From the NCBI RefSeq assembly GCF_000026545.1, contig NC_011601.1: 64,000 nucleotides of DNA. One strand, 5' to 3'. The position numbers and the translations under genes were made by a program. Positions 8,184 to 18,616 of the stretch are shown here, piece by piece. This stretch comes from Escherichia coli O127:H6 str. E2348/69 (GTDB lineage: Bacteria > Pseudomonadota > Gammaproteobacteria > Enterobacterales > Enterobacteriaceae). Within the stretch, counting starts at the first letter, position 1. Every line of letters begins with the position of its first letter. The notes under the pieces were generated by a model. The model worked only from the letters and a program-made list of their open reading frames with translations, did no database searches and had not been told where the DNA came from.

Positions 8184-10690
8184 TGCGGGATCCCCTCTGA
8201 GAATCTCTGGCGCTGTTGGGTAAGGTCGATGACGACAGGAGTTCCATCATCTTTCAGCAAATACCCAGTGCCGAGTTTCACCAGATACTGGCTATCTCCA
8301 TAGCTTTGCAGACCGTACTGGCCTGGCGGTGCTTTAATTCCTGCGCCAGTCACCTGAGTTTTCCATGCCTGATCAACTTGTTTATCAAATTGTTCGGCAG
8401 ACATCCCCCAAGGCAAAAGAACACTTCCCATGCCGTTATAATCGTGCACGCCACCAGTAGCTACGTTAACAGCCTGCTTCCATGTGTCACTGTCAACTTC
8501 ACCCGAAACCACACCCTTCTTCGCCATCACCCCAGCGTAATAGTCCTTTGCTATCTCATAGGCCATTGATGCACCCTGCGCGTCACCGGCAAACGCATCC
8601 TTCACCATGTCAGAAAACTCTAGTCGCAGATCGTTATCCTTCGGCATTGGTATGCCCTTAGCATCATCAGTTCCTTTACGAGCCGCGGCACCGGACAGGA
8701 TGGTTTGCGCTGCTGTTTCTGGTGATACAGAAACATCAGGGTTAAACCAGTTTTTCTCAGCTACCACTCCTCCTGGCTTATCCATCAGGATCCCAGCTAC
8801 TGCTGCTGATGGCGCATTGGTGCTTATCTGCTGAAGCGCTGACATATATACCTGACCGCCCCCGGTGCTCTGCCGAATGGTGTCGAGATATGCAGTCTGC
8901 TGAGAAACTGGTGCATCGCGGAAGAAAGCCCCGATCTGATTCGCCTCTTCTTTGGAAAAGAACGTCAGCGGCGTACCGTATGACTTAGCCAGATCTACAG
9001 CCTGAGAAGCCCGAAGGGAAATCGTCTGGCCGAAATTGTTCTGGTTGGTCATATCAATAGGCTTTGTTTGACCGGAAGAAAGTGAAAACTGAATTGGGTC
9101 TGCTTTACGTTGCGCAAGAACAGTACTGGCAGCAGAGACAACGGCGTCATAGGTTTGGGCGCGCGCTGCATATCCTTCGCCAGTTTCACCAGTATCTGGC
9201 TTCAGATTTTCTACTGCTGCCTGAATGCTGCTGGTCGGCATGTTGCGAAACGATCCTATGTACTGCCCTGCGATCTGCGTGTTGCGAAACTCGGTATAGC
9301 GTAGATTTCCCTCCCGCACGCCGTAGGCGGCGAGGAAGTCGTTCTGCGTAGGCGCGTTCGGGAAATCAACTCCGCGCATGTATGCCGCGCTGGCATCGCG
9401 TACGCGGCTGTCGATATTGGTGCGGTATTCAGCCTGCTGCTGTTTACGGATCTGGTCAGCCTGGCGAAGGAATGTCGCCTGGGCCTCCGGAGATGCTGCA
9501 TCGAATGCCGCATTGCCGGTATAGCGCTTTGTGCTGGTTGGAAGTTGAGAGAGGCCAATTGCCGCGCTAACACCGGTAGCAAGTTGCTGATCGCTGTACG
9601 GCTGACTGCCGTTCTCATGTTGGATAATGGAGGCACACAAAGCCTTTAGCGTATCAGGGTTTGAGGCATCAAGCGGCTGGTCAGGCGTCACACCGAGTTG
9701 AGCACATACTGCCTGAATATAGGCGTCAGTGTTGTTATTGTCAGACGGCGGTGCCCAGCGATTAATGATGTCGTTTACAGTATCAATACCCTGTCTCTGG
9801 TATGACAGCAGGTTGCGTCCAAGCGCCCGAATGCCGTGTTCTGGCGTTTCGAATTTTGCAAATCGACCATCATCACCGGTCTGGCCCACCCACGGATTGG
9901 TTTTGCTGTATTCGAGGTTTCCTGGGTTGTTGTTGCGAATGCCACGGGCGCTATCACCAGAACCACCTTCTGATACTGCACGGCGGGAACCAGTAACTGT
10001 ATCGCTTAACTCGCCATTGCTCTGGATGAACTCGATCGAATTATTTGCCGACCACTGAGAAAGGGAAGCATCGGCGACCTTCTCTTTGAACTCAATCTTT
10101 TTGGCCTGAATCTGTTCAGAACTCCAGCCATGAGCGGAGCCATAATCTTCGATCTGCTGGAAAGTCTGCTGGTTGTAGAGAACATAATTGGCATTATCAC
10201 CATAGGCGGCAGCAGCCAGTTTTCCGTTGTTCGCCAGAGTCGCCTGGAACTGACCTTCTTCATAGGCATTGAGTTGGCTTATCTCATGCCTGCCAGCCTG
10301 GGTGGTGAACTGAATGCGCTGCTGCTGAGCCTGCTGTATAAATCCAGCCCGGGCACCTTCCGGCAATGTCATCGCGATCTGCTCTGCCTGAGCATCGAAT
10401 TGCTGGGTATAAACCTGCCCCTTGCCAAGAGCGTTCTTACCCTGCATGTTTAGAAGCCCGGTATCCGGGTTGGTTAGCAGATCACTGGAAATCTGGCTGA
10501 GTTGCAATGATGCATCCTGAGCCTGAGCAACATCCGCGCGCTGTTTTGCCTGAGCAAAAACATCAAGTGCTTTACCACCAACCTGCGTCAGGGCATCTCC
10601 GATATTTGGCTGATCGAATGCCTGAAAACCAGGAGACTGAAACCCTCTGCTTTCGACCTGACGACCGGTGACTGTTGGTACTGTTGGCAT
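8180..10690 (-). CDS. Internal virion / ejection protein (836 aa)
   Basis: Large Gln/Ala-rich protein in the ejection-protein position; overlaps downstream gene by 4 nt. Confidence 0.45.
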   Translation of the reverse strand: MPTVPTVTGRQVESRGFQSPGFQAFDQPNIGDALTQVGGKALDVFAQAKQRADVAQAQDASLQLSQISSDLLTNPDTGLLNMQGKNALGKGQVYTQQFDAQAEQIAMTLPEGARAGFIQQAQQQRIQFTTQAGRHEISQLNAYEEGQFQATLANNGKLAAAAYGDNANYVLYNQQTFQQIEDYGSAHGWSSEQIQAKKIEFKEKVADASLSQWSANNSIEFIQSNGELSDTVTGSRRAVSEGGSGDSARGIRNNNPGNLEYSKTNPWVGQTGDDGRFAKFETPEHGIRALGRNLLSYQRQGIDTVNDIINRWAPPSDNNNTDAYIQAVCAQLGVTPDQPLDASNPDTLKALCASIIQHENGSQPYSDQQLATGVSAAIGLSQLPTSTKRYTGNAAFDAASPEAQATFLRQADQIRKQQQAEYRTNIDSRVRDASAAYMRGVDFPNAPTQNDFLAAYGVREGNLRYTEFRNTQIAGQYIGSFRNMPTSSIQAAVENLKPDTGETGEGYAARAQTYDAVVSAASTVLAQRKADPIQFSLSSGQTKPIDMTNQNNFGQTISLRASQAVDLAKSYGTPLTFFSKEEANQIGAFFRDAPVSQQTAYLDTIRQSTGGGQVYMSALQQISTNAPSAAVAGILMDKPGGVVAEKNWFNPDVSVSPETAAQTILSGAAARKGTDDAKGIPMPKDNDLRLEFSDMVKDAFAGDAQGASMAYEIAKDYYAGVMAKKGVVSGEVDSDTWKQAVNVATGGVHDYNGMGSVLLPWGMSAEQFDKQVDQAWKTQVTGAGIKAPPGQYGLQSYGDSQYLVKLGTGYLLKDDGTPVVIDLTQQRQRFSEGIPQ

Positions 10691-10702
10691 TTCTATGTCT
10701 CC

Positions 10703-11245
10703 TTATCGACCGGTTGGTGTGCCGATGGCAGCGCTGATCGGTGCCGCTTTGCTTTGAGTGAATGGTGACCACGTTCCGCCGCCCATCTGGTAAGCGCCGT
10801 ATGCCTGAAGTGGAGCAGTCAGCAGTGTGGTAAATGCGCCCATATTCCCCTGCTTGCGTGCTGAGCTGGCCTGAGCTTTGTAGTTTTCAGCCTGAACCTG
10901 AAAGCCATATGCTTCACGCTGAGCGTTATTAACCGTAGTCAGCGCATCAAGCGCGCCAAACTGAGCTGTATCGCCAAAGATATCAAGCGCTCCACCAGTG
11001 GAAAGATCTGCGCCAGTTGCGCCCATGGTTGCCGCCTGGGTGCCAGCAGCCTGGCGGTTACGACGACGAACCTCATCAGCCTGAGCATTACCACGGTTGA
11101 TAGAATCCTGTGCCTGTGCCGTGGCCACTTCTGCATTTTGCTCGGCTACAGCAGACGAATACTTACCTTGCTGGTACTGGTTGTATGCTGAAACGCCACT
11201 TAATGCGACACTGGCGCCAGCGAGAGCGATAGCCGGGCTGCACAT
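10703..11245 (-). CDS. Virion structural protein, Ala/Gln/Gly-rich (180 aa)
   Basis: Position between tail tube and ejection proteins; composition. Confidence 0.4.
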   Translation of the reverse strand: MCSPAIALAGASVALSGVSAYNQYQQGKYSSAVAEQNAEVATAQAQDSINRGNAQADEVRRRNRQAAGTQAATMGATGADLSTGGALDIFGDTAQFGALDALTTVNNAQREAYGFQVQAENYKAQASSARKQGNMGAFTTLLTAPLQAYGAYQMGGGTWSPFTQSKAAPISAAIGTPTGR

Positions 11246-11709
11246 TATTTTCTCTCCATGTGGAAACGGTGAAACGGTAGGTTTTTAATGCCGTATGGCT
11301 GAGGTTCATCGATGGTGAATCCCAGCCAGTGAAGCCAGATGCGCGCTGTGTGGTTGCGTGCATCAACATAATTTTCAAGATACGGGTAAACAGTCAGCAT
11401 TGCATTGACCACTTTTCCGCACCGACGCAGGAAAGTACGCTGGTATTTCTCCAGCGCGTCAGTGCCCACCAGCCATGGGATACCACTGCCGCCGATCATC
11501 GATGCCGGTGCTACGCCAAAGACAGTCACTACTTCACCGTTAATCAATCCGGCACAGCAAAATGTTGACGTGCGTAGACCGGTCTCCAGCACGCGGCGCG
11601 GACTCCAACCGTTGGTTGCCAGAAACTCATCGATATCAGCCTGGCGAACAAGCGGAATAATGGCTTCGATATGCTCTGCTGTAGCGGGTACGATCTGAGC
11701 TTTAATCAT
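11245..11709 (-). CDS. Hypothetical virion-associated protein (154 aa)
   Basis: ORF in continuous minus-strand operon. Confidence 0.4.
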   Translation of the reverse strand: MIKAQIVPATAEHIEAIIPLVRQADIDEFLATNGWSPRRVLETGLRTSTFCCAGLINGEVVTVFGVAPASMIGGSGIPWLVGTDALEKYQRTFLRRCGKVVNAMLTVYPYLENYVDARNHTARIWLHWLGFTIDEPQPYGIKNLPFHRFHMERK

Positions 11710-14186
11710 CAGAAGCCTCCGACGGTGAGGCGAGGCAATACAGCAAGAACAGAAAGCGGGAGTGGGTCAAGCTGGCGAACCTTAACGCGTCCGTTTTTAT
11801 CCCAGTTGCTGTCGAGTTTCACTTCAACCTTGCCTGTAGCATCATCAACAGGATCGTCGTAGAACTCAAATTCACGCTGCGGATATTCATACCAGGTTCC
11901 GCCAGGAGTTGTTGCCCAGATTCCACGGCTTGCGTTGACCACCATCGTGACAGTAGGAATGACCTGCTTTTTATCCAGCAGTGTTTCCTGCCCGTTGATG
12001 TTGATATCCAGTGTTTCGAATTCAGCGGTGATAGGCAATCCAATATGCACAACTGCACCTGGTGACTCCAGCGTGACTGAGCCACCAGTGACAACCTTCT
12101 GAGGCTCAACGCTCGCGTCTGAAAGAATGTTGACTGTCTGGCCTTCGAGATGCGACAGTCCGCTGAATGTCTGGCGCGCCATTTGCCAGTTAGTTGTGGC
12201 CACATTGCGAAGCGCAGGTGGCACGTTTCGATTGAATCGGACGGTAACCGCGGTATTGCTGGTTACAGAGATGATATCGCCTCGCAGCTCTTTAGCCACC
12301 GGTTCGTTGGTGTCTGGATCTGTTCCGGTATATGGGAACTGAATCTGAGCGCCTACATCAGTATTAACGAAATACGCACCACCGCTTACTGTAACCGGGT
12401 AATCAACCTGATAGTTCCAGTCACCGGTGCCTCCACTGATGGTCATTGTGCGTGATGATGTATTGCGCCCGTCGTAGCTCAGTCCGCAGTCTACAAAGAA
12501 TGCGTCTTCATCATTGGTGAACAGGCGACTGGAAAGGCGTTCGATGTAACGTACGGTCTGCCCATTGATATTACGGTTAACCACGAAGTAAACAGCATCC
12601 TCGCTGCCTTCACTGATTGAGCATGTGCTTTCGTACTTCCCGGAGCTGGATTGTGGTGCCCATGCGAAAACCTGCTGATCGCGCAGATAGGTGAGCACCA
12701 GCAACTTGCCGTCATCCCGAATGCAGAAAGCGCTGCTGTACGGCACAATGCAGAATGACCAGTCGACAATGCTATGCTTCTGGAACAGGTGGTTTGCCAG
12801 TATGGTCAGGTCAGTTCCCTGATATCCGTCAACGTCGAAAGAGTAGGCCAGATCGCGCACAACGCTGCCTTTCTCCTGGATGAACAACGCGATATTGGCC
12901 ACGGCGATAGGTGGTACGTTACTTGATCCGTTATTCCCCTGAGAGCTGAACGAGAACGCCGATGGCGTGAGGACCTTATTCTGGTCCCCGGATATCGTAT
13001 ATTCCCCGCCAGATGTCAGAGCGACCAGGTTACCAACATCAATAAGGTGACGGATCTCATTCACCTGACGCCCTGCGTAGGTGTAGATGATGCGATCGTC
13101 ATCCTGAATAGGGTTGTTCTTACCGAAGTCTTTATAGTCTCCGGTGCGGCTTGCCCAGATGGTTTGTGGATATGCGGTAGACGCGGCAAAGTACAGGCGC
13201 TGCTGGTAGTAAACAACGGTACTAGGGTAGCCGTTAACGCTGTTCCACGCATATTTCGCCCACTTATAACTGGCGTTAGCGGATCCAACAACCTGAGATG
13301 GAATGAACGAAACCACATCGGCAGTTGCTGTGAGGCCATCGCCAGACACTGCTGTTATTTTTGCAATGCCGAAACCGCTGTGCAGGTACTCCCACTGGAT
13401 CCCGGTATCATCTGATCCGGTACCGCCCCATCCATCCCAAGACATACCTTCAGTGTGAGACGGGCGAAGGGTCCCGGTCTTACCTGCAGTATTCGCGCGG
13501 TAGTAGTTGCTGTCTGCACGACGAACGTCGTTTATTGCTGTGGTTTTACTGGTTTCCCATACTGGGACGGAATCAACCGCGGGCTGCTCGAGATAGAACA
13601 GTTTTCCTACCTGTTCAGCACCGAAGATTGCAGAACTGGCCGTTAGTGTAATTGTTCCGGTGCTGGCGCTGGCGTAGACCTTCACAGTATCGTCAACGTT
13701 GATATCTTCGAACGGCCCGTTTTTGGTGGTGACATCGACGATCTGCCAGTTGTCGTGCGCATAGCGGCGCAGTTCTTTCGGAGGGTATGCGGGATGCACC
13801 AGCGTCAGAACGTCGGCGCTCTGCGTGAATTTAATACGGAAAAGGTCAGTGTCAGCATACGGCATCGCCAGCTCATAAATCACATTGCTGGTCGTCAGAA
13901 CATACTCGCCGTCTTTGATAACGCGCATATAGTTGTGCCCGAACTCCAGAGCATAGGTCTGTACGGTCGAGAACTGGAACGGGATTAACCGGCACTTGCG
14001 ATCAGGGTATTTAGCAGGACCAACAAAGCGCGTACCTGGCCTGTTCTCTACACCGCCATATTGGCGAACAATGAAGTTATCGCACTTGCGCAGTGCCACC
14101 TGATACTTTGACATATCAATGCGGCCATACAGTGACGGACCAATTTCACCACCGGCAAAGCTCGGTTGAATCCAGCTAAAAGCCAT
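11709..14186 (-). CDS. Tail tubular protein B-like (825 aa)
   Basis: Size and position after the tail tubular A-like gene match the T7 gp11/gp12 arrangement. Confidence 0.5.
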   Translation of the reverse strand: MAFSWIQPSFAGGEIGPSLYGRIDMSKYQVALRKCDNFIVRQYGGVENRPGTRFVGPAKYPDRKCRLIPFQFSTVQTYALEFGHNYMRVIKDGEYVLTTSNVIYELAMPYADTDLFRIKFTQSADVLTLVHPAYPPKELRRYAHDNWQIVDVTTKNGPFEDINVDDTVKVYASASTGTITLTASSAIFGAEQVGKLFYLEQPAVDSVPVWETSKTTAINDVRRADSNYYRANTAGKTGTLRPSHTEGMSWDGWGGTGSDDTGIQWEYLHSGFGIAKITAVSGDGLTATADVVSFIPSQVVGSANASYKWAKYAWNSVNGYPSTVVYYQQRLYFAASTAYPQTIWASRTGDYKDFGKNNPIQDDDRIIYTYAGRQVNEIRHLIDVGNLVALTSGGEYTISGDQNKVLTPSAFSFSSQGNNGSSNVPPIAVANIALFIQEKGSVVRDLAYSFDVDGYQGTDLTILANHLFQKHSIVDWSFCIVPYSSAFCIRDDGKLLVLTYLRDQQVFAWAPQSSSGKYESTCSISEGSEDAVYFVVNRNINGQTVRYIERLSSRLFTNDEDAFFVDCGLSYDGRNTSSRTMTISGGTGDWNYQVDYPVTVSGGAYFVNTDVGAQIQFPYTGTDPDTNEPVAKELRGDIISVTSNTAVTVRFNRNVPPALRNVATTNWQMARQTFSGLSHLEGQTVNILSDASVEPQKVVTGGSVTLESPGAVVHIGLPITAEFETLDININGQETLLDKKQVIPTVTMVVNASRGIWATTPGGTWYEYPQREFEFYDDPVDDATGKVEVKLDSNWDKNGRVKVRQLDPLPLSVLAVLPRLTVGGF

Positions 14187-14791
14187 TATGACAACCTCGC
14201 TGCTGTGAACTCATCTACCGGCGGTTGTGGCTCCTGTGATTCGTTCTGGCTATGTGAGCCAGCGCTCAGGATCACACGGTTGTACATCGTCAGTGCATTG
14301 TTACCGAGATCTGCGCTACCGGTCAGCGCCATATTAATTGCAGCAGCCAGACGCCAGGAAAGCGCCTCCATAAAAATGGCATCATACATATTGACGTCAG
14401 TAACCCGCGCCACGTACTTCAACCACGCTTTCGGCTGATCGGTGTAAATGAGCTTACCTGTCAGTTCCTCATTGGAACCGACAACATATTCAATGCGCTG
14501 CGCAGCGGTAGGATTACGTATGCCGGTCGGCATGATCTCAGTTATACGGACGCAATCAGATGGGTACTGGTAAGCGTACTGCCAGTCAGGAGGCGGGTTA
14601 TTGGTATCAGCCAGCGCCACGCGTTTGGTAGCAAAGTTCCAGTCGAAGTCAGCCAGAGCAGCATCACGACATGCATCAAAATGCAGGGAGCACTGCCCGG
14701 CCTCTTTGCTGGCTTCATTCAGGCTGTTAATGCTACGACTGTTGCCGATATTGCTCAGCGCGCGGTTGCAGATCTCGATAACAGAAGCCAT
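14186..14791 (-). CDS. Tail tubular protein A-like (201 aa)
   Basis: Size ~200 aa; N-terminal MASVIEICNRALSNIGNS resembles T7 gp11-type N-termini; position. Confidence 0.45.
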   Translation of the reverse strand: MASVIEICNRALSNIGNSRSINSLNEASKEAGQCSLHFDACRDAALADFDWNFATKRVALADTNNPPPDWQYAYQYPSDCVRITEIMPTGIRNPTAAQRIEYVVGSNEELTGKLIYTDQPKAWLKYVARVTDVNMYDAIFMEALSWRLAAAINMALTGSADLGNNALTMYNRVILSAGSHSQNESQEPQPPVDEFTAARLS

Positions 14792-15129
14792 TAATCATCC
14801 TCCCCACCGTAGAGAGTTTGCGCTGCTGACTTCGGTTGCTCGCCTGATACTGGACTGAGCGCCATATCAGTGATCTGCAGACTGGCGTTATGCTGCATTC
14901 CACCTTCCGCTTCGCGGGTAGAAGTTGAGCGAATAGTTGCCTTTGCGGTGATCATTACTTCAGTGCCAGCAGATTGAGGTGCTGCCTTTAGCTTGGCTAA
15001 CGTCTCGTTGTTCAATTCAATGCAAAGGCCCCACGGATAATCATCACGAGTCTGGGTTTTACCCTCCTCATCCTGATAGGTGTCGGTGCCGGTTTTGAGG
15101 TTTACCAGATCCATAACGGACTCCTGCAA
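14791..15129 (-). CDS. Hypothetical virion protein (112 aa)
   Basis: ORF with start/stop overlap to neighbours in structural operon. Confidence 0.4.
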   Translation of the reverse strand: MQESVMDLVNLKTGTDTYQDEEGKTQTRDDYPWGLCIELNNETLAKLKAAPQSAGTEVMITAKATIRSTSTREAEGGMQHNASLQITDMALSPVSGEQPKSAAQTLYGGEDD

Positions 15130-15165
15130 TAAAGGGGCCGAAGCCCCTTGTTTGATTAGCGAGGC

Positions 15166-15546
15166 TTAGACGCCCAGTTCGGCACGCTTTTCGGCGATCT
15201 CTTTTGCCAGAGTTTCAGCCGTTTTATTGCCCGGCTTCTTGCCTAGTAAATCCTCATACTGCTGTCGAAGCAGAGTAAGGTCTTCACTTACCGCGCCAGT
15301 GCCATCAGATTTCACTTCCTCCACTACTTGATGAACCGCAGCTGGAGATGGAACATTGATAACTACAGAAGCCGATCTTCCTTTACGCTTTTCGGCGATC
15401 TCTTTTGCCAATTTCGCCGCATCGTTCAGTGGCTCCAGCGCCGTACCTGGTTCGCCGTCATACTCAACTTCAGAGCCTTCTGGCCAGAGGTTGTTATGAA
15501 TGTGAGATAAACGCAGGACGCGGTATCTTGCTTTTTCACCTGACAT
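15166..15546 (-). CDS. Hypothetical protein with internal AKEIAEKR repeats (126 aa)
   Basis: ORF; repeated LAKEIAEKR motif seen in translation. Confidence 0.4.
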   Translation of the reverse strand: MSGEKARYRVLRLSHIHNNLWPEGSEVEYDGEPGTALEPLNDAAKLAKEIAEKRKGRSASVVINVPSPAAVHQVVEEVKSDGTGAVSEDLTLLRQQYEDLLGKKPGNKTAETLAKEIAEKRAELGV

Positions 15547-15556
15547 CGCTATCCCC

Positions 15557-15997
15557 TTAGCCAGTCACTTTTGAACGAATCGGGTAGTACGGGCTGTTGT
15601 TATCAACATCCAGGTTAATTCCCGAGGTGAAAGCACCGGCCGTCAGCGGACCAGTACCGACCACATAGTTAACACGCAGATAACGCTGGACACCTGCCGG
15701 AACTTTCGCGGAAAACAGGCGCTTTCCAGCAGTCAACGCCGCTAGCGCCAACGTGCCGCTATCGTACAGCGTGGTCCAGGTGGAGTTATCCGGGCTGGTC
15801 TGCAACTGAACGTTCAGGGTTGCAGCACCTCCTGCGGTTGCAGTGGTATTCACGTTTGCCCAGAACTCCAGCGGGTAACCAACTCCGATATCACGACGGG
15901 TACCGTCAATTGGACCGAGATCGATTACATCAGTAGAAGCTGCGGAAGCCGTAACCGCCTGCGCTTCGGAGAACATCAACAGTTTGTCGAGGATCAT
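15557..15997 (-). CDS. Putative minor capsid / decoration protein (146 aa)
   Basis: Immediately downstream of major capsid gene; Thr/Ala/Gly-rich. Confidence 0.4.
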   Translation of the reverse strand: MILDKLLMFSEAQAVTASAASTDVIDLGPIDGTRRDIGVGYPLEFWANVNTTATAGGAATLNVQLQTSPDNSTWTTLYDSGTLALAALTAGKRLFSAKVPAGVQRYLRVNYVVGTGPLTAGAFTSGINLDVDNNSPYYPIRSKVTG

Positions 15998-16048
15998 TTT
16001 CTTTCTCCATTCATGGGCCGGTTAAGGCCCATCAGTTAATAACAGGCG

Positions 16049-17035
16049 TTAAACAACTCGCGCTTCTGTTTCCAGAATCGCATCGGTTTCACGGATAGGA
16101 ATGCCACGGAAAGTGGTCCACCATTCGCCTTCTGTCTCTTTGACGGACAGAGCCAGAGAAGCTTTATCCAGAGATTGCAGGTCGAGAGCCTGGGCAACGG
16201 TACGGTTCATGTAGAAAGCCGCACGGCCCATCTTCAGGTTAGGAACGCGGTGCAGCGCTTTAACCATCTGCGTGACGATGTTTGCAGCAGAGGCAGGAAC
16301 AGACAGATCGCTTACATCGATGTTGGCGATACGTACTACATAGCGCCAGTCACGAAGAGTCAGGCCGTTATCCCATTTATAATGAGTGCGATAGCCCTGA
16401 TATTGACCACCAGCAGCATCACGCAGAGTCTGCTCACCGAGATCTTGCATTTGCAGACCAGCTTTCTGTCCTTTAGGGAAGATGCCGTGAACGGTGTTTT
16501 CACCCCACACAACCAGCCAGATAGAAGTGTTATCGGTGCCAGTGCCGCCAGCGTCGATAATGTTCTGACCGTTACCTGCTGATTTGCTGGAATAACGAGA
16601 CGCCAGCCCCATAAACTGCTGTGGGTTAACGCTGGTATCACCATAGAACAGGGTCTGAGCCATCTTCTGGTTCATCGCCTCAAGGAATGCCCGGTCTTCA
16701 GACAGGCGGAATTCAGCGGTGTTACCGTTCAGGTCGGCCAGAGACTTATCGATTTCGGCATAGGTTTCCAGCATACCCATGGTATCAGTCACCTGAGCAG
16801 TGGTACTTTTGCTGTTAGGTACGCCATAGTTCAGAAGACGCCACGTCGCATCTGGAAGCCCGGTGCGTACAGTGGTTTTATGACCTGTTGGAGAGTTACT
16901 CTCCATGATCATCATGTCCAGAAGAATTGGGTTGGTCTGGGAAAGCAGCTCGATAATCTTATCGACTTTCCCGTTCGGGTCGATGCGCTTGCCCCAGTCT
17001 GCCAGCGTCAGCGCAGTTAAGCCTTTAACAGCCAT
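16049..17035 (-). CDS. Major capsid protein (328 aa)
   Basis: Size, position after scaffolding gene. Confidence 0.65.
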   Translation of the reverse strand: MAVKGLTALTLADWGKRIDPNGKVDKIIELLSQTNPILLDMMIMESNSPTGHKTTVRTGLPDATWRLLNYGVPNSKSTTAQVTDTMGMLETYAEIDKSLADLNGNTAEFRLSEDRAFLEAMNQKMAQTLFYGDTSVNPQQFMGLASRYSSKSAGNGQNIIDAGGTGTDNTSIWLVVWGENTVHGIFPKGQKAGLQMQDLGEQTLRDAAGGQYQGYRTHYKWDNGLTLRDWRYVVRIANIDVSDLSVPASAANIVTQMVKALHRVPNLKMGRAAFYMNRTVAQALDLQSLDKASLALSVKETEGEWWTTFRGIPIRETDAILETEARVV

Positions 17036-17049
17036 GGTTATTTCCTCTC

Positions 17050-17760
17050 TTATTTGCCATAGAGCACTTCGGCAGCACTACGCTGACCGCTTTCTTTCCC
17101 GGTTACCATGCCGTCTTCTGACATGGCCTTACCGACTTTTATGAAGGCTTTAACCAGCTCAGGGTGATTACCCAGGCCGGTGCCTTCCAGATATTCTTTC
17201 AGTTCAGGTGTACCGAACTGAGCAAGAGCACGCTGTGCCGCGCTCAGGTTACCGGTGAGATTGTCTCCGCCGATTTCCTTGTCCGCCTTAACGTCAGCAG
17301 CCCACTGTTCGGTGGTTTTCTGCCAGGCTTCCGCCTGCTGCTGCTGGACCATTGGCATAATCTTGGTGCCGTACAGATCGACCATCTTCTGCGCCTGCTC
17401 ATTAGTCAGGTTCAGTTCGCGGGCGATAGGCTCGAACTGATCCAGAGCGGCAGCATCAAGTTCCTGACCTTCAGCTGGTTTGAACTCGTATTTCTCCGGA
17501 GCGCCTTCCGGCTTCTTATCCTTGTCTTCACCAGGCTTTTCCTCTTTTGGCTTATCGCCATCGATAGGCTTGTCGTCCTGAGGCTTGTCGCTTTCAGTGC
17601 CAGGCTGTGACTTATCGCCTTCTGGTTTAGCCGGATCGCCAGCTGGTGCCGGATTATCGCTAGTTGATGCTGCGGGTTCAGATGCAGCAGGAGCTGCGCC
17701 ACCATCAGCAGGTTGCTCATTGCAAAGACGGCGATGCAGCAAACGATCAAATAAATTCAT
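17050..17760 (-). CDS. Scaffolding protein (236 aa)
   Basis: Highly acidic, Lys/Glu/Pro-rich low-complexity N-terminal region, located between portal and capsid genes. Confidence 0.55.
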   Translation of the reverse strand: MNLFDRLLHRRLCNEQPADGGAAPAASEPAASTSDNPAPAGDPAKPEGDKSQPGTESDKPQDDKPIDGDKPKEEKPGEDKDKKPEGAPEKYEFKPAEGQELDAAALDQFEPIARELNLTNEQAQKMVDLYGTKIMPMVQQQQAEAWQKTTEQWAADVKADKEIGGDNLTGNLSAAQRALAQFGTPELKEYLEGTGLGNHPELVKAFIKVGKAMSEDGMVTGKESGQRSAAEVLYGK

Positions 17761-17774
17761 ACGTTACCTTCTTG

Positions 17775-18320
17775 TTAATCAATGCTGATGACGCGTTGAA
17801 CCCTGACAGATACAGAGGTCAACGTGATGGTCTGGCCTGATTCATTTGAAAGGCCGACCTGAATTCCGCTGACGGTGAACGGATCAAGTTCATTCATGGT
17901 GAAACTGGCAAGTACATCGTCACGGTTACTGATGCTGGTTCCGTTCACCTTCACGCTTGACTCGGATCCGACGATGTCGCCATTTGGGCGCCTGGTCTGA
18001 ATCATCCATTCCCTTGCCGTTCCTGACGCACCACCAACGGTACCGTTAATACGGGTACTGAAAAGAACCTGGCTCGGCGCTTCCTGAGCAGGGAATATAA
18101 GATTTCCCGAATTGATGCTGAGATTCGCGTTACCGTCAGCAGCTTTAACGATCCCGGAAAGTGAAAAGAAGTTCTGAAAAGCGGCATCAGCCACAACCTG
18201 AGATCCAGTCCAGTTAAATATGTCCATCTGAAATGTCTGCGGCTCTTCATCCACTGCATAAAAGTCTGCAATGGTCGAGTTACCATCGTTTCTCAGCCTG
18301 ATCATGCGTTTACGGATCAT
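17775..18320 (-). CDS. Hypothetical virion protein (181 aa)
   Basis: ORF in structural operon. Confidence 0.4.
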   Translation of the reverse strand: MIRKRMIRLRNDGNSTIADFYAVDEEPQTFQMDIFNWTGSQVVADAAFQNFFSLSGIVKAADGNANLSINSGNLIFPAQEAPSQVLFSTRINGTVGGASGTAREWMIQTRRPNGDIVGSESSVKVNGTSISNRDDVLASFTMNELDPFTVSGIQVGLSNESGQTITLTSVSVRVQRVISID

Positions 18321-18616
18321 TTGTCTTTCTCCTGAGACTCAGCGGCCATTTTCAGATACTGTTCAGGACAGTGCGCCATGACGCGCTGAAACAATGCCAG
18401 TGCCAGGTTGCGCTGCCCTTCGTTGAATGCAGTTAAGTGCGAATCACCAGCGAAGCATGGTGAGAACACCTTTCCCCTCTCCAGCATCGACCAGATAACG
18501 CGGCGGCCTTGCTCGCTACCCATAACGAACTTGATGTCGTCGATATCACGCTGAGCCAGAAGTTGCTGTTTGGCGTCAAGCTCTGCTTTGCGTCCTTCGT
18601 CGTCGATATCCATCAT
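18317..18616 (-). CDS. Hypothetical protein (99 aa)
   Basis: ORF overlapping neighbours by 4 nt on both sides. Confidence 0.4.
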   Translation of the reverse strand: MMDIDDEGRKAELDAKQQLLAQRDIDDIKFVMGSEQGRRVIWSMLERGKVFSPCFAGDSHLTAFNEGQRNLALALFQRVMAHCPEQYLKMAAESQEKDK